Assembly (NCBI GenBank): GCA_963663765.2
Contig: CAXXUA010000005.1
Span: 384,001 to 448,000, forward strand
Source: Candidatus Poribacteria bacterium
GTDB lineage: Bacteria > Poribacteria > WGA-4E > WGA-3G
DNA: 64,000 nucleotides
Direction: 5' to 3'
The notes under the pieces: model-generated
The model's input: only the letters and a program-made list of their open reading frames with translations
What the model was told of the DNA's origin: nothing
The model's database searches: none
Shown here: positions 9,409 to 17,390 of the stretch, in pieces
Position numbering within the stretch: position 1 is the first letter of the stretch
Layout: the number at the start of each line of letters is the position of its first letter
Program-made: the position numbers and the translations under genes

Positions 9409-11016
9409 ATGGAAGCTAAAACAAAAAGCAGAATCGTCATGGTCGCCAGTTGGCTGATTATCATCGGCATTCTCGGGTTAGTCTACAAGTTCCTTGTTGA
9501 ACCCCGACTCGGCGGGAGACGCGATAAACTCGTTGAAAATACCAGCACACAAAGGTATGACCATACGATTAAAATCGCACATGATTCTTTCCCGGGATAT
9601 GCTATACTCCGATCCGATGCTATGAAGAACCTACTGGATCGCCAATCAATAAAACTTACGTTTATTGACGATAAAGCAGATTATGTCCGCAGAGCACGCG
9701 ACCTAAAAAATGGCAAGATGCAAATGGCGGTTTTCACCATAGATGCCTACCTAAAGGCTGGCAGCGTTATCGGTGATTATCCCGGTTCTATTGTACTCGT
9801 CATTGATGAATCCAAAGGCGCTGATGCAATTGTCGCACACAAGCAGGGAGTACCAACTATCCCAAATTTGAGTAATCCAAAAGCACGGATTATTCTAACA
9901 CCAGATTCACCAAGTGAAACGCTCGCACGGATTATGATTAACACGATGAGTTTGCCGAGTCTTCCACCAAACTGGGCATCCGATGCAAACGGCGCAGAAG
10001 ATGTATATAAGAAACTAAAATCTGCCGACTCAGATCAACCCACCGCCTACGTCTTGTGGGAACCTTATGTGACAAAAGCACTCGCAATTGACGGTGTGCA
10101 TCTATTGTTAGACAGTTCAAAACTCAAAGGGTATATCGTTGATGTGTTAGTCGTTCAACGCGAATTTTTAGATACAAAACGCGAACTTGTTACGCATGTT
10201 GTACAAGCATATTTACGTGCAAACTATGACTATACCAACCAAACTGGAGGATTGTTGACCTTAATTGAAGCAGATGCAAAGAAGTACGGGGACAAGCTCA
10301 ATCAAAACGAAGCGAATCAACTGGTTAAAGGTATTGAGTGGAGAAATACCGTCGAGAATTACGCACATTTCAATCTTATCTCTGGGGATGAGGCAAAAGA
10401 TTCTGAAAAACTCGACGCGATGATAGGAAAAATTATGCAAGTACTTGTCAAAACCAAATCACTCGCCTCAGACCCATTGTCAGGAGATTACCGCACACTG
10501 TTCTATGATGGAATATTAAGGTCACTTCATCACGATAAATTCCACCCCGGCGTGTTGAACGCAGGCGGCGCAAATGGATTAGACGATATCTTTGTGGATG
10601 CAGCACCTGTAGTTGAGGAGAAAGTCAGGGAAGAGGTAGCACTGAATCCACTATCAGAAGACAATTGGAACAATCTCGCACCCGTTGCAGCAATGAAAAT
10701 CGAACCAATTGCGTTCGCCAGAGGGACCGCACGCATTTCTCAAGGTAGCGAACGGGCACTCGCTGAAATCGCATCAAAACTAAAATCGTTTCCAAAATAC
10801 TATCTTAGAGTTGTCGGTCACACACGGAAAGAAGGTAACCCGGCAGAAAACAAACGACTCGCGACACAACGTGCCGAAGCTGCTGCAAAGGTACTCAGAG
10901 GACATGGAATCAAAAACCATCGCATTCGGGCAATCGCAAGCACACGCACCTCTACAAGAATGCAAGGTGGCGAAGCACAAAGCGTCACATTTGAACTGTT
11001 AGGAAAACCTTATTAA
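9409..11016 (+). CDS. Membrane-anchored solute-binding protein / OmpA-like domain fusion
   Basis: N-terminal TM helix, SBP motifs 'DSFPGY', 'IDESKGADAIV', 'LWEPYV', 'IVDVLVV'; OmpA-C 'IAFARG', 'VVGHT', 'NKRLATQRAEA'. Confidence 0.8.
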   Translation: MEAKTKSRIVMVASWLIIIGILGLVYKFLVEPRLGGRRDKLVENTSTQRYDHTIKIAHDSFPGYAILRSDAMKNLLDRQSIKLTFIDDKADYVRRARDLKNGKMQMAVFTIDAYLKAGSVIGDYPGSIVLVIDESKGADAIVAHKQGVPTIPNLSNPKARIILTPDSPSETLARIMINTMSLPSLPPNWASDANGAEDVYKKLKSADSDQPTAYVLWEPYVTKALAIDGVHLLLDSSKLKGYIVDVLVVQREFLDTKRELVTHVVQAYLRANYDYTNQTGGLLTLIEADAKKYGDKLNQNEANQLVKGIEWRNTVENYAHFNLISGDEAKDSEKLDAMIGKIMQVLVKTKSLASDPLSGDYRTLFYDGILRSLHHDKFHPGVLNAGGANGLDDIFVDAAPVVEEKVREEVALNPLSEDNWNNLAPVAAMKIEPIAFARGTARISQGSERALAEIASKLKSFPKYYLRVVGHTRKEGNPAENKRLATQRAEAAAKVLRGHGIKNHRIRAIASTRTSTRMQGGEAQSVTFELLGKPY

Positions 11017-11128
11017 ACAAGAATTACGTACCCAACGGTAGGCGTGCTTTGTAAGAGCGCTGGAAACTCAAAATACAATCTACTATAGTAAAAATGAATA
11101 CCAATTACCACCCGAGGAGGACAAAAAC

Positions 11129-12004
11129 ATGTCAATCAACATGAACCAAACAGACAAACCCAACCGCCATCTTTCACGCAGAACCTTCATCAAGAGTTCC
11201 GTTGGACTTGCCACCTCCGTCGTGGCTGGTGGTGGATTGATACGTTCCGCAAAAGCTCAATCACAGTTTGGTGAATATATTCCTTACGATTCCACAAACG
11301 ATTTTCACTATACCATACGGTATGGTACACGAGAAATAATTGAACATAATCATCCCGGCATGGATCCAACAGGAGAAAAGTTCAGGTTCGTCCGCCTCAA
11401 ATATCAGGGTGGCGATTGGTGGACAAATCTAGTAAACTATTACCGTTGGCAGTCAGACCTAAAGTTCACACAAGAACTGGCAGAGAACACTTCAATTGAT
11501 GTTGATGTGCGGAATTATCCTCAATACGTAGAAATTGATGACCCATGGATCTTTGATTATCCGATGCTCTATATGACAGGACACGGTAGACGCAACACAA
11601 TGCGGTTCTCTAACGACCAATTAAACAAGTTTAGAGAATACTTTGAACGTGGTGGGTTCCTTCATGTAGAGGATTGCGATATCAGATATGCAAGCTTCTG
11701 GCTACAAGTTCAAGCGTTGATGAAACGGATATATCCTGATAAAAGGTTTGAACAACTGGATCTCAGCCATCCAATATACCACACACTCTATCGTCATAAC
11801 GAGTATCTCGGCGGTGATAAACTTCTTCCTCTTTTTAATTATGATCAGGCTATCATGGATGAGGATAAGGTGATGGTCTACTTCTGTCCCAGCGACCTGA
11901 ATTGTGCGTGGGAAGGTAGAGTTTGCAGTCCCGGCGGTGAAGAACAACGCACGTGGGCATTTGAACAAGGCATGAACGTCGTCGCATACGCACTGACTCG
12001 CTAA
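11129..12004 (+). CDS. Tat-exported DUF4159 family protein
   Basis: Twin-arginine 'SRRTFIK' signal; 'FVRLKY.GGDW', 'YPMLYMTGHG', 'YFERGGFLHVED', 'GMNVVAYALT' match DUF4159. Confidence 0.85.
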   Translation: MSINMNQTDKPNRHLSRRTFIKSSVGLATSVVAGGGLIRSAKAQSQFGEYIPYDSTNDFHYTIRYGTREIIEHNHPGMDPTGEKFRFVRLKYQGGDWWTNLVNYYRWQSDLKFTQELAENTSIDVDVRNYPQYVEIDDPWIFDYPMLYMTGHGRRNTMRFSNDQLNKFREYFERGGFLHVEDCDIRYASFWLQVQALMKRIYPDKRFEQLDLSHPIYHTLYRHNEYLGGDKLLPLFNYDQAIMDEDKVMVYFCPSDLNCAWEGRVCSPGGEEQRTWAFEQGMNVVAYALTR

Positions 12005-12134
12005 TGAACGTAAATTTTGAATATGAACAGACACTCCTATCTCACGTTAGGTTGTGGTATCCTAACCTCACCCAGTGCAAATTGTTCAATTATAGTGAAA
12101 TCCAAAAATATGTCTACACTCCCTGGTGGGTACA

Positions 12135-12484
12135 GGGTGTGTAAAGTTTTTGCACAAACTGCACATTCTCCATTGTAGAGCGGGGTCTCTGTACCCCGCC
12201 GCAACTGATTAAATGAGAGATTGCGGGCACAGAGACCCATAGGTGTCAATATAAGGAAATATTGTTAATATCAACCATACTCTTCAGTCCCGTAGGGACG
12301 ATATGTTTATAGAAAACAAGTACCCTTCCCAGTTCTTTAGTCCCGTAGGGACGATATGTTTATTCTTCTATGTCGTTCCTACGGAACTCAAGAGAGGGTG
12401 ATTACACCTATCTATAAACATTGCGTCCCTACGGGACTAAAGAGAACAAAAGTTTGTACCTCTGTGCAAAAACTTTACACACCC
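12135..12484. mobile_element. MITE with 22-bp TIRs and 9-bp TSD (IS256-like inferred)
   Basis: GGGTGTGTAAAGTTTTTGCACA / TGTGCAAAAACTTTACACACCC; direct repeat GTGGGTACA at 12126-12134 and 12485-12493. Confidence 0.8.
12286..12443. repeat. REP-like cluster (AGTCCCGTAGGGACGATATGTT x2 and inverted partners)
   Basis: Two direct copies followed by two inverted copies (..GTTCCTACGGAACT, ..GTCCCTACGGGACT). Confidence 0.7.
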
Positions 12485-12609
12485 GTGGGTACAGTTTGTA
12501 ACCCCGATTTGAGAGAACCAGCATACAAATCGGGGTTACAAACCCCTCCTACAAAGATGTATTGTGAGAAATTGAATGCATCTATGATCAAATTTTTTTG
12601 ATATTTATG

Positions 12610-12732
12610 CAGGACTTACGCACTAAACGGTAGGCGCGCTTTGTAAGCGCGCTTGAAACACAAAAAAATGCTGAAAATTACATCATTTTCGCCATAATTC
12701 TTGATTAAATCATGAAAACTGCGTAAGTCCTG
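12610..12732. mobile_element. MITE family A (TIR CAGGACTTACGCA), 5-bp TSD TTATG
   Basis: CAGGACTTACGCA...TGCGTAAGTCCTG flanked by TTATG on both sides; 4 copies in the window. Confidence 0.85.
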
Positions 12733-12772
12733 TTATGCAAATATATGTTATACTATTTGTTGAAATGTTCTG

Positions 12773-12814
12773 GTAGGAGCGACCTCCTGGTCGCGTCCGT
12801 GAGGTTGTTCCTAC
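12773..12814. repeat. GTAG-type REP doublet (shortened)
   Basis: GTAGGAGCGACCTCCTGGTCGCG...GAGGTTGTTCCTAC. Confidence 0.65.
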
Positions 12815-12871
12815 AATAGAAAGGTCTTTCATCTAAAAAGAACATTTGAATTCCTAAATGACACAGTATTA

Positions 12872-13004
12872 TAGTAGATTTTAGAATTATTATTACACTT
12901 TCAGGTGTAGGAGGGAACTCCGATTCCCGACTATCAAGACGTTCAGTCGCGATTCGGAGATCGCTCCTACAGAACAAGTGTAAACTTAATTGTATATTTC
13001 ACTA
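12872..13004. mobile_element. MITE-like element with TA-flanked ends enclosing a GTAG REP doublet (12907-12970)
   Basis: TAGTAGATTTTAGAATTATTATTACACTT / AAGTGTAAACTTAATTGTATATTTCACTA imperfect inverted ends flanked by TA. Confidence 0.5.
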
Positions 13005-13074
13005 TAAATAGAATTGGTATTATAATATATCGTAGTGTATAAAACGCAAAACGTAGCACTCGATAATCAATGGC

Positions 13075-13518
13075 ATGCTAAATGAAAGGACTACCGAGTT
13101 GCAGTGGCCAGACTATTATCCAGAAAACTGTCCACCTGAGGCAGCTAAATCCGCTTCAGGGACAGTTTATAGACTTGTGCAAAGCGATCCACCACAATCG
13201 GAAGATTTCATACCACTTTATATAGATAAGCCCGAGAACTTTGAGCGTAAACCAATTAGTGAAGTGTGTCAGGGTTGTGGGGTGTCTGTTTGTAAAGATA
13301 AACAAGATATTGAACGACTCCAGAGTAGCAGTGGTAAAATGAGAAAAAGACATATTGCGGAAGGCGAGTTAAATCCAACATTAGGTGTGATTAAACATAC
13401 ACCCTCACGAAAGTATAAATCTCATCATACGTGGTGGGTCCCTATTGGGATAAAACCTTGGGTTGTTTTTCACGTAGTTAATGATTCAAGAACAGACAGT
13501 AATTCAGAAGGAATTTAA
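13075..13518 (+). CDS. Hypothetical protein, possible ADP-ribosyltransferase/RES-like fold
   Basis: 'WPDYYPENCPP', 'VYRLV', 'GVSV', 'SHHTWW' pattern; 2 nt from the downstream gene. Confidence 0.6.
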   Translation: MLNERTTELQWPDYYPENCPPEAAKSASGTVYRLVQSDPPQSEDFIPLYIDKPENFERKPISEVCQGCGVSVCKDKQDIERLQSSSGKMRKRHIAEGELNPTLGVIKHTPSRKYKSHHTWWVPIGIKPWVVFHVVNDSRTDSNSEGI

Positions 13519-13520
13519 AT

Positions 13521-13976
13521 ATGTTCAATACGCTTAATATTCCAGATATAGGCAAACTTCAAATTGTAGAAACCTATGCGTTCTACGATGAGCCTGTCCT
13601 ATTTTCCTGCCAAAATACCTTAGATCGTCTTTACATTGTTGTGGCTGCTGATGAAAACGATCAGAATGAAACGTGGCTTTATGCCGAAGTTTCTACTGAA
13701 CGTCTTAACCTTATCCGTTCCGGCTCAATTGACCTCCATGATGCCTTTGCTTATACTGAAGATGGTAGTGTCTTTCAGGTAAGGTTTCCATACGACGACC
13801 TAACCGAACCAATAATTGAATCTGTCCAATCAAATCAGATTTCTAAGGATATGCTTCCGCTACCTGGTGAATGCCTTGATTTTGAAATAGACATATTTCC
13901 AGTTTTAAAGAATGTGAAAGAATTAACAAAATCCAATAACCAAGAAATTCTGATCGGAAATTCAAGTAGTTCCTGA
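13521..13976 (+). CDS. DUF6575-like protein (possibly C-terminally truncated)
   Basis: 'ETYAFYDEPVLFSC', 'WLYAEVS..RL..IRSGSIDLHDAF', 'DMLPLPG' resemble DUF6575. Confidence 0.6.
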   Translation: MFNTLNIPDIGKLQIVETYAFYDEPVLFSCQNTLDRLYIVVAADENDQNETWLYAEVSTERLNLIRSGSIDLHDAFAYTEDGSVFQVRFPYDDLTEPIIESVQSNQISKDMLPLPGECLDFEIDIFPVLKNVKELTKSNNQEILIGNSSSS

Positions 13977-14261
13977 AAGAAGCAAAACTACCAGTAAACT
14001 CAGCGTATCGCAGTTTCGTAGGTAAGGTAGAACGGAACAGGACGAAACCCTTTTGTAGTCGCGCAATTCATTGCGTATCTTACGTTGTCTGAATCGTGAA
14101 TATAGCAGATTACACCAAATCAAAGGTATGAATGCCTATAGGCATTCCATGGATTACGCGAATTTTTGTGATAAGTTAATCCATCTTGGATAGACCGAAG
14201 TGAACTAGACAAACCGATTTCGCGGATACGTTAAACCCGCACACTATATGGAGGATAAAAA

Positions 14262-14693
14262 ATGGACCATGCACCTCAGCAACTTAATCTCTATGGGAAT
14301 GAAAAGCATTATCAAAAAGTAGGACGCTCTGCATTTCCTATACTAATTCATTTGGCAAAAGTACGTGAATTTATCACCTATGGAGAACTCGCGAAAAAAA
14401 TAAATGTGTCTAACCCAAGAAATCTGAATTATCCGCTTGGTAGCGTTTGGGTAACACTGTATGAACTACAAGAAGAGTGGAGGGTAGAGATACCACAAAT
14501 AGATATACCTTATCTGACTTCTCTCGTCGTCAACAAAGATACTGGTCACCCGGGATATGAAGATTTACCTCAATCAGAATTTGAAGCGGAATGTAGAAGG
14601 GTATTTAATTTTCCGATCTGGACTTCTGTCCAAGAAGTGGTCTTGTCTAACTACTGGTTGATTGATCGAGATGTAGTAAGTCCAGCAAACTAA
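14262..14693 (+). CDS. Hypothetical winged-HTH-like protein
   Basis: GGAGG RBS; 'ITYGELAKKI...LNYPLG...PYLTSLVVNKDTGHPG' resembles domains found N-terminal to HNH/restriction nucleases. Confidence 0.6.
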   Translation: MDHAPQQLNLYGNEKHYQKVGRSAFPILIHLAKVREFITYGELAKKINVSNPRNLNYPLGSVWVTLYELQEEWRVEIPQIDIPYLTSLVVNKDTGHPGYEDLPQSEFEAECRRVFNFPIWTSVQEVVLSNYWLIDRDVVSPAN

Positions 14694-14739
14694 CTGTGAT
14701 ATTACATAAAAGTTCTTGTGTTTTGTAGTTAATTAAACT

Positions 14740-15075
14740 ATGAATGGAACAACAGGCAACAGCAACGAGAAATTCCAAAAAATGTTAGACCATGCAGAGT
14801 TTGGTATAAAGGGAATAGAAGAAAGGCGATTTGTTAAGATTAGAATTTTTATCTCTTATATAACACTACTTTCTCTTTCTTTATACCAACAGAATACGTG
14901 TATAATTGTATGTATACTTAACCATAGTCGCAATTCCAACGTTCTTTTTTATAATTGTTGTAGTAGTATTTAGCATGAATCAGAATTATACTTTGAAGAT
15001 TGGTTAATTGGGAATTTATTTGGATTTCTGTTGTTTGCGATTCTATTTCTTTTTTCATTCCTTCACAGCGCAGTT
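14740..15075 (+). pseudogene. Probable degraded membrane-protein gene fragment
   Basis: 77-aa ORF with a hydrophobic stretch, followed by further hydrophobic-coding sequence out of frame; AT-rich. Confidence 0.3.
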
Positions 15076-15237
15076 AGAAATCGCACCTACCGTCTGAAAA
15101 ACATCAATCCCGTTATTCTGGTCTTATCCGTTTACCGCAGCAATGACTTGAACCGATGCGAAAGATGGAACAGCACTTTACAGATAAGCAGTTGACGTTA
15201 TTGTGTTCTTAGGTTGAACTTGCAAAACCCTTATGTA

Positions 15238-16503
15238 TTAAACATAAGCGTGTATGTTCTGCGGGAGTAGCGCGTACAGTTTTTCGCGAAAACGTTCATA
15301 AGCTAGGTTTGCACCAGCGATGTTCCCCGAAGCAGGACCAATCTGAAGTTGTGCAACAGTACCAGATCCAAACAGGTTTATGATTGGATAGAATTGTAAA
15401 TTGACATCTAACTGCGGCAGACCGCAGACAAGTGGAATCGGGTACTGCTCAATTAACTCCTGCAGGAAACCGTAACGACGAAGATTAAACCTATATCCTG
15501 TTGCAAGTATAACACGAGACACATTTGTAATCATGCCGCGCGTCGTTTCTACTTGTAAATCTTGTGTTAAATCATCCCCTACAGAGACGATATTGCATAT
15601 ACATGTCTCAGGATAAATCTCAACGTTCTTAGCGTTCTTCAGTGTATCCATCACATTCGGCGTGATGCTACCTTCACCTCTGTTCTCTTGGATTATTTGG
15701 TATCGTCGTTGAAAATCGGTCTCGTTTGCGTACTCAGTAAGTGCTTTGGGACCTAACCAGATTGGAGGAAAATCAAACTGATCTGTCTTCAACTGCTTCC
15801 GTGCAATTAGCACCACCTGATGTCCTTGTTCACTGAGACTTTTGGCAAGTGTTCCTGCTGTTAACCCACCGCCAACTATCACTATTTTGCCTCTATTTTC
15901 TGATATGTGGTTGATATTCACCGAAAATTGAGATGCGTGGACGACTCTATCAGGGAATTGGCGTTGCCATTCGGAAAACTCAGGCGGTACATAAGCACAA
16001 TCATCTGAACCTATAGCAAGGACAACGCAACTACTGCGGAAACCTTCATTATTCGTTGAAATCAGTCGGAATGGATATTTTCCCGCTCCTTTATCCCATC
16101 GCAATTTAGCCACATCAAACTGATAGTAGATGTTATGACCCGTAGGAGGGATTTGTAATCCCGATACACTAAGAGCATCGTTGCAATAGTCCCAAAAAAG
16201 TTCGGTAGAAGGTTGCGAATATGGTGGTGCTAATTCGTCTGATCGGTTATGTTCTTTCGCATATTCAACGATACCTAAAGCGTCAGCAGTAATATGATGT
16301 ACTGCGGGAGATCGGAGGAATGTCATGCCTTGTCTTTCTGTTTTGTGTCGCCATTCAGTGAGGGGTTGTGCATGACGGTCTACGATGGCTATATGCTGTG
16401 TTGCTACCGGTCTGTCACGTAGCAGTCGCATAGCGATGGATATGCCGTGGATGCCACCACCAATGATCGTAATCGGGATGTTCCGATGTGCAAGTGTTTT
16501 CAT
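15238..16503 (-). CDS. FAD/NAD(P)-dependent oxidoreductase (SidA/IucD/PvdA-like flavoprotein family)
   Basis: Two Rossmann motifs 'IIGGGIHG' and 'IVGGGLTAG', 'GMTFLRSPAVHH', 'ILATGY'. Confidence 0.85.
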   Translation of the reverse strand: MKTLAHRNIPITIIGGGIHGISIAMRLLRDRPVATQHIAIVDRHAQPLTEWRHKTERQGMTFLRSPAVHHITADALGIVEYAKEHNRSDELAPPYSQPSTELFWDYCNDALSVSGLQIPPTGHNIYYQFDVAKLRWDKGAGKYPFRLISTNNEGFRSSCVVLAIGSDDCAYVPPEFSEWQRQFPDRVVHASQFSVNINHISENRGKIVIVGGGLTAGTLAKSLSEQGHQVVLIARKQLKTDQFDFPPIWLGPKALTEYANETDFQRRYQIIQENRGEGSITPNVMDTLKNAKNVEIYPETCICNIVSVGDDLTQDLQVETTRGMITNVSRVILATGYRFNLRRYGFLQELIEQYPIPLVCGLPQLDVNLQFYPIINLFGSGTVAQLQIGPASGNIAGANLAYERFREKLYALLPQNIHAYV

Positions 16504-16520
16504 TTTGGCATTACATAAAC

Positions 16521-17390
16521 TTAGTCTGTATGGGGTCCAGGGAGGTGAACGTTTTTTAGTTCAAAGGTCTGTGTCTGAAATGTTTCTGTAGCACGGTAGC
16601 GACTGAATCTATAACGGACGACTCCGACCGATGGGGCAACCCAATAAACCGCTGGTGGACTAATCAAGCGAATTGATGAGTCCGCACTCTCACCGTAAAT
16701 AACCTCTTCGTAGACAACATAAGTACTGTAAGTGCCTGCAGGAACGGTAATTTGCATGTCTTTTTCTGCGACAAAGCGGGTGGCTGTCACTTGGGTTCCA
16801 GCAGTTTTATCAAACACAACCCATTCCTTTCCTACTTCTAATGGAAAATCCCACAGACGACGTGGTGGAAAGTGTTTCTGATGAAAAACAGGATTTTGGA
16901 TCGGAAGGAAAATGTCAAATGCGGATTCTACTAATGCTTGTGCAGTTTTGTTAAAGTATGTTGCCAAAATCGGAAACGCAAATCCATCATAAAAGTCGGT
17001 GTCTAATCGCAAGTAATAAGCGTTCGCTGCCAAATGGTCAACTGTATCAAGGCTGAGTTCTTCTGGGTCTATAGGAGCAATTTCGCTGATGGTCATTTGG
17101 CGATGGGTTGTTCCGCCGATGTCACGCGTGCCACCCACACGAACGGTGAATTCCTGATCCGTGTCAATGTTGATGTATGTCCATGCAGATCCTGTATCTG
17201 TCGGGAAGTCAATTGCCCGTAGTATTCCAGTTGTATCTGGGGATGGAATCGTGGTTTCTCCGTGCGGATCAATTAATCCCTCATCCCCGCAACTTATAAG
17301 AAACACTAACAATAACATACTCAAATAATGCAACAATGACTGGTAGATTTTTTTTTGACAACTGATGACAAATTGCTGTTGACTATTCAT
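16521..17390 (-). CDS. Hypothetical lipoprotein
   Basis: Lipobox 'LLLVFLISC'; 'FPLEVGKEW', 'ITVPAGTY', 'YWVAPSVGVV' typical of a secreted beta-rich family; stop/start coupling with the upstream gene. Confidence 0.75.
   Translation of the reverse strand: MNSQQQFVISCQKKIYQSLLHYLSMLLLVFLISCGDEGLIDPHGETTIPSPDTTGILRAIDFPTDTGSAWTYINIDTDQEFTVRVGGTRDIGGTTHRQMTISEIAPIDPEELSLDTVDHLAANAYYLRLDTDFYDGFAFPILATYFNKTAQALVESAFDIFLPIQNPVFHQKHFPPRRLWDFPLEVGKEWVVFDKTAGTQVTATRFVAEKDMQITVPAGTYSTYVVYEEVIYGESADSSIRLISPPAVYWVAPSVGVVRYRFSRYRATETFQTQTFELKNVHLPGPHTD

Noticed and set aside
12037-12977. Short ORFs at 12037, 12356 and 12753
   Set aside because: They are translations of MITE/REP sequences
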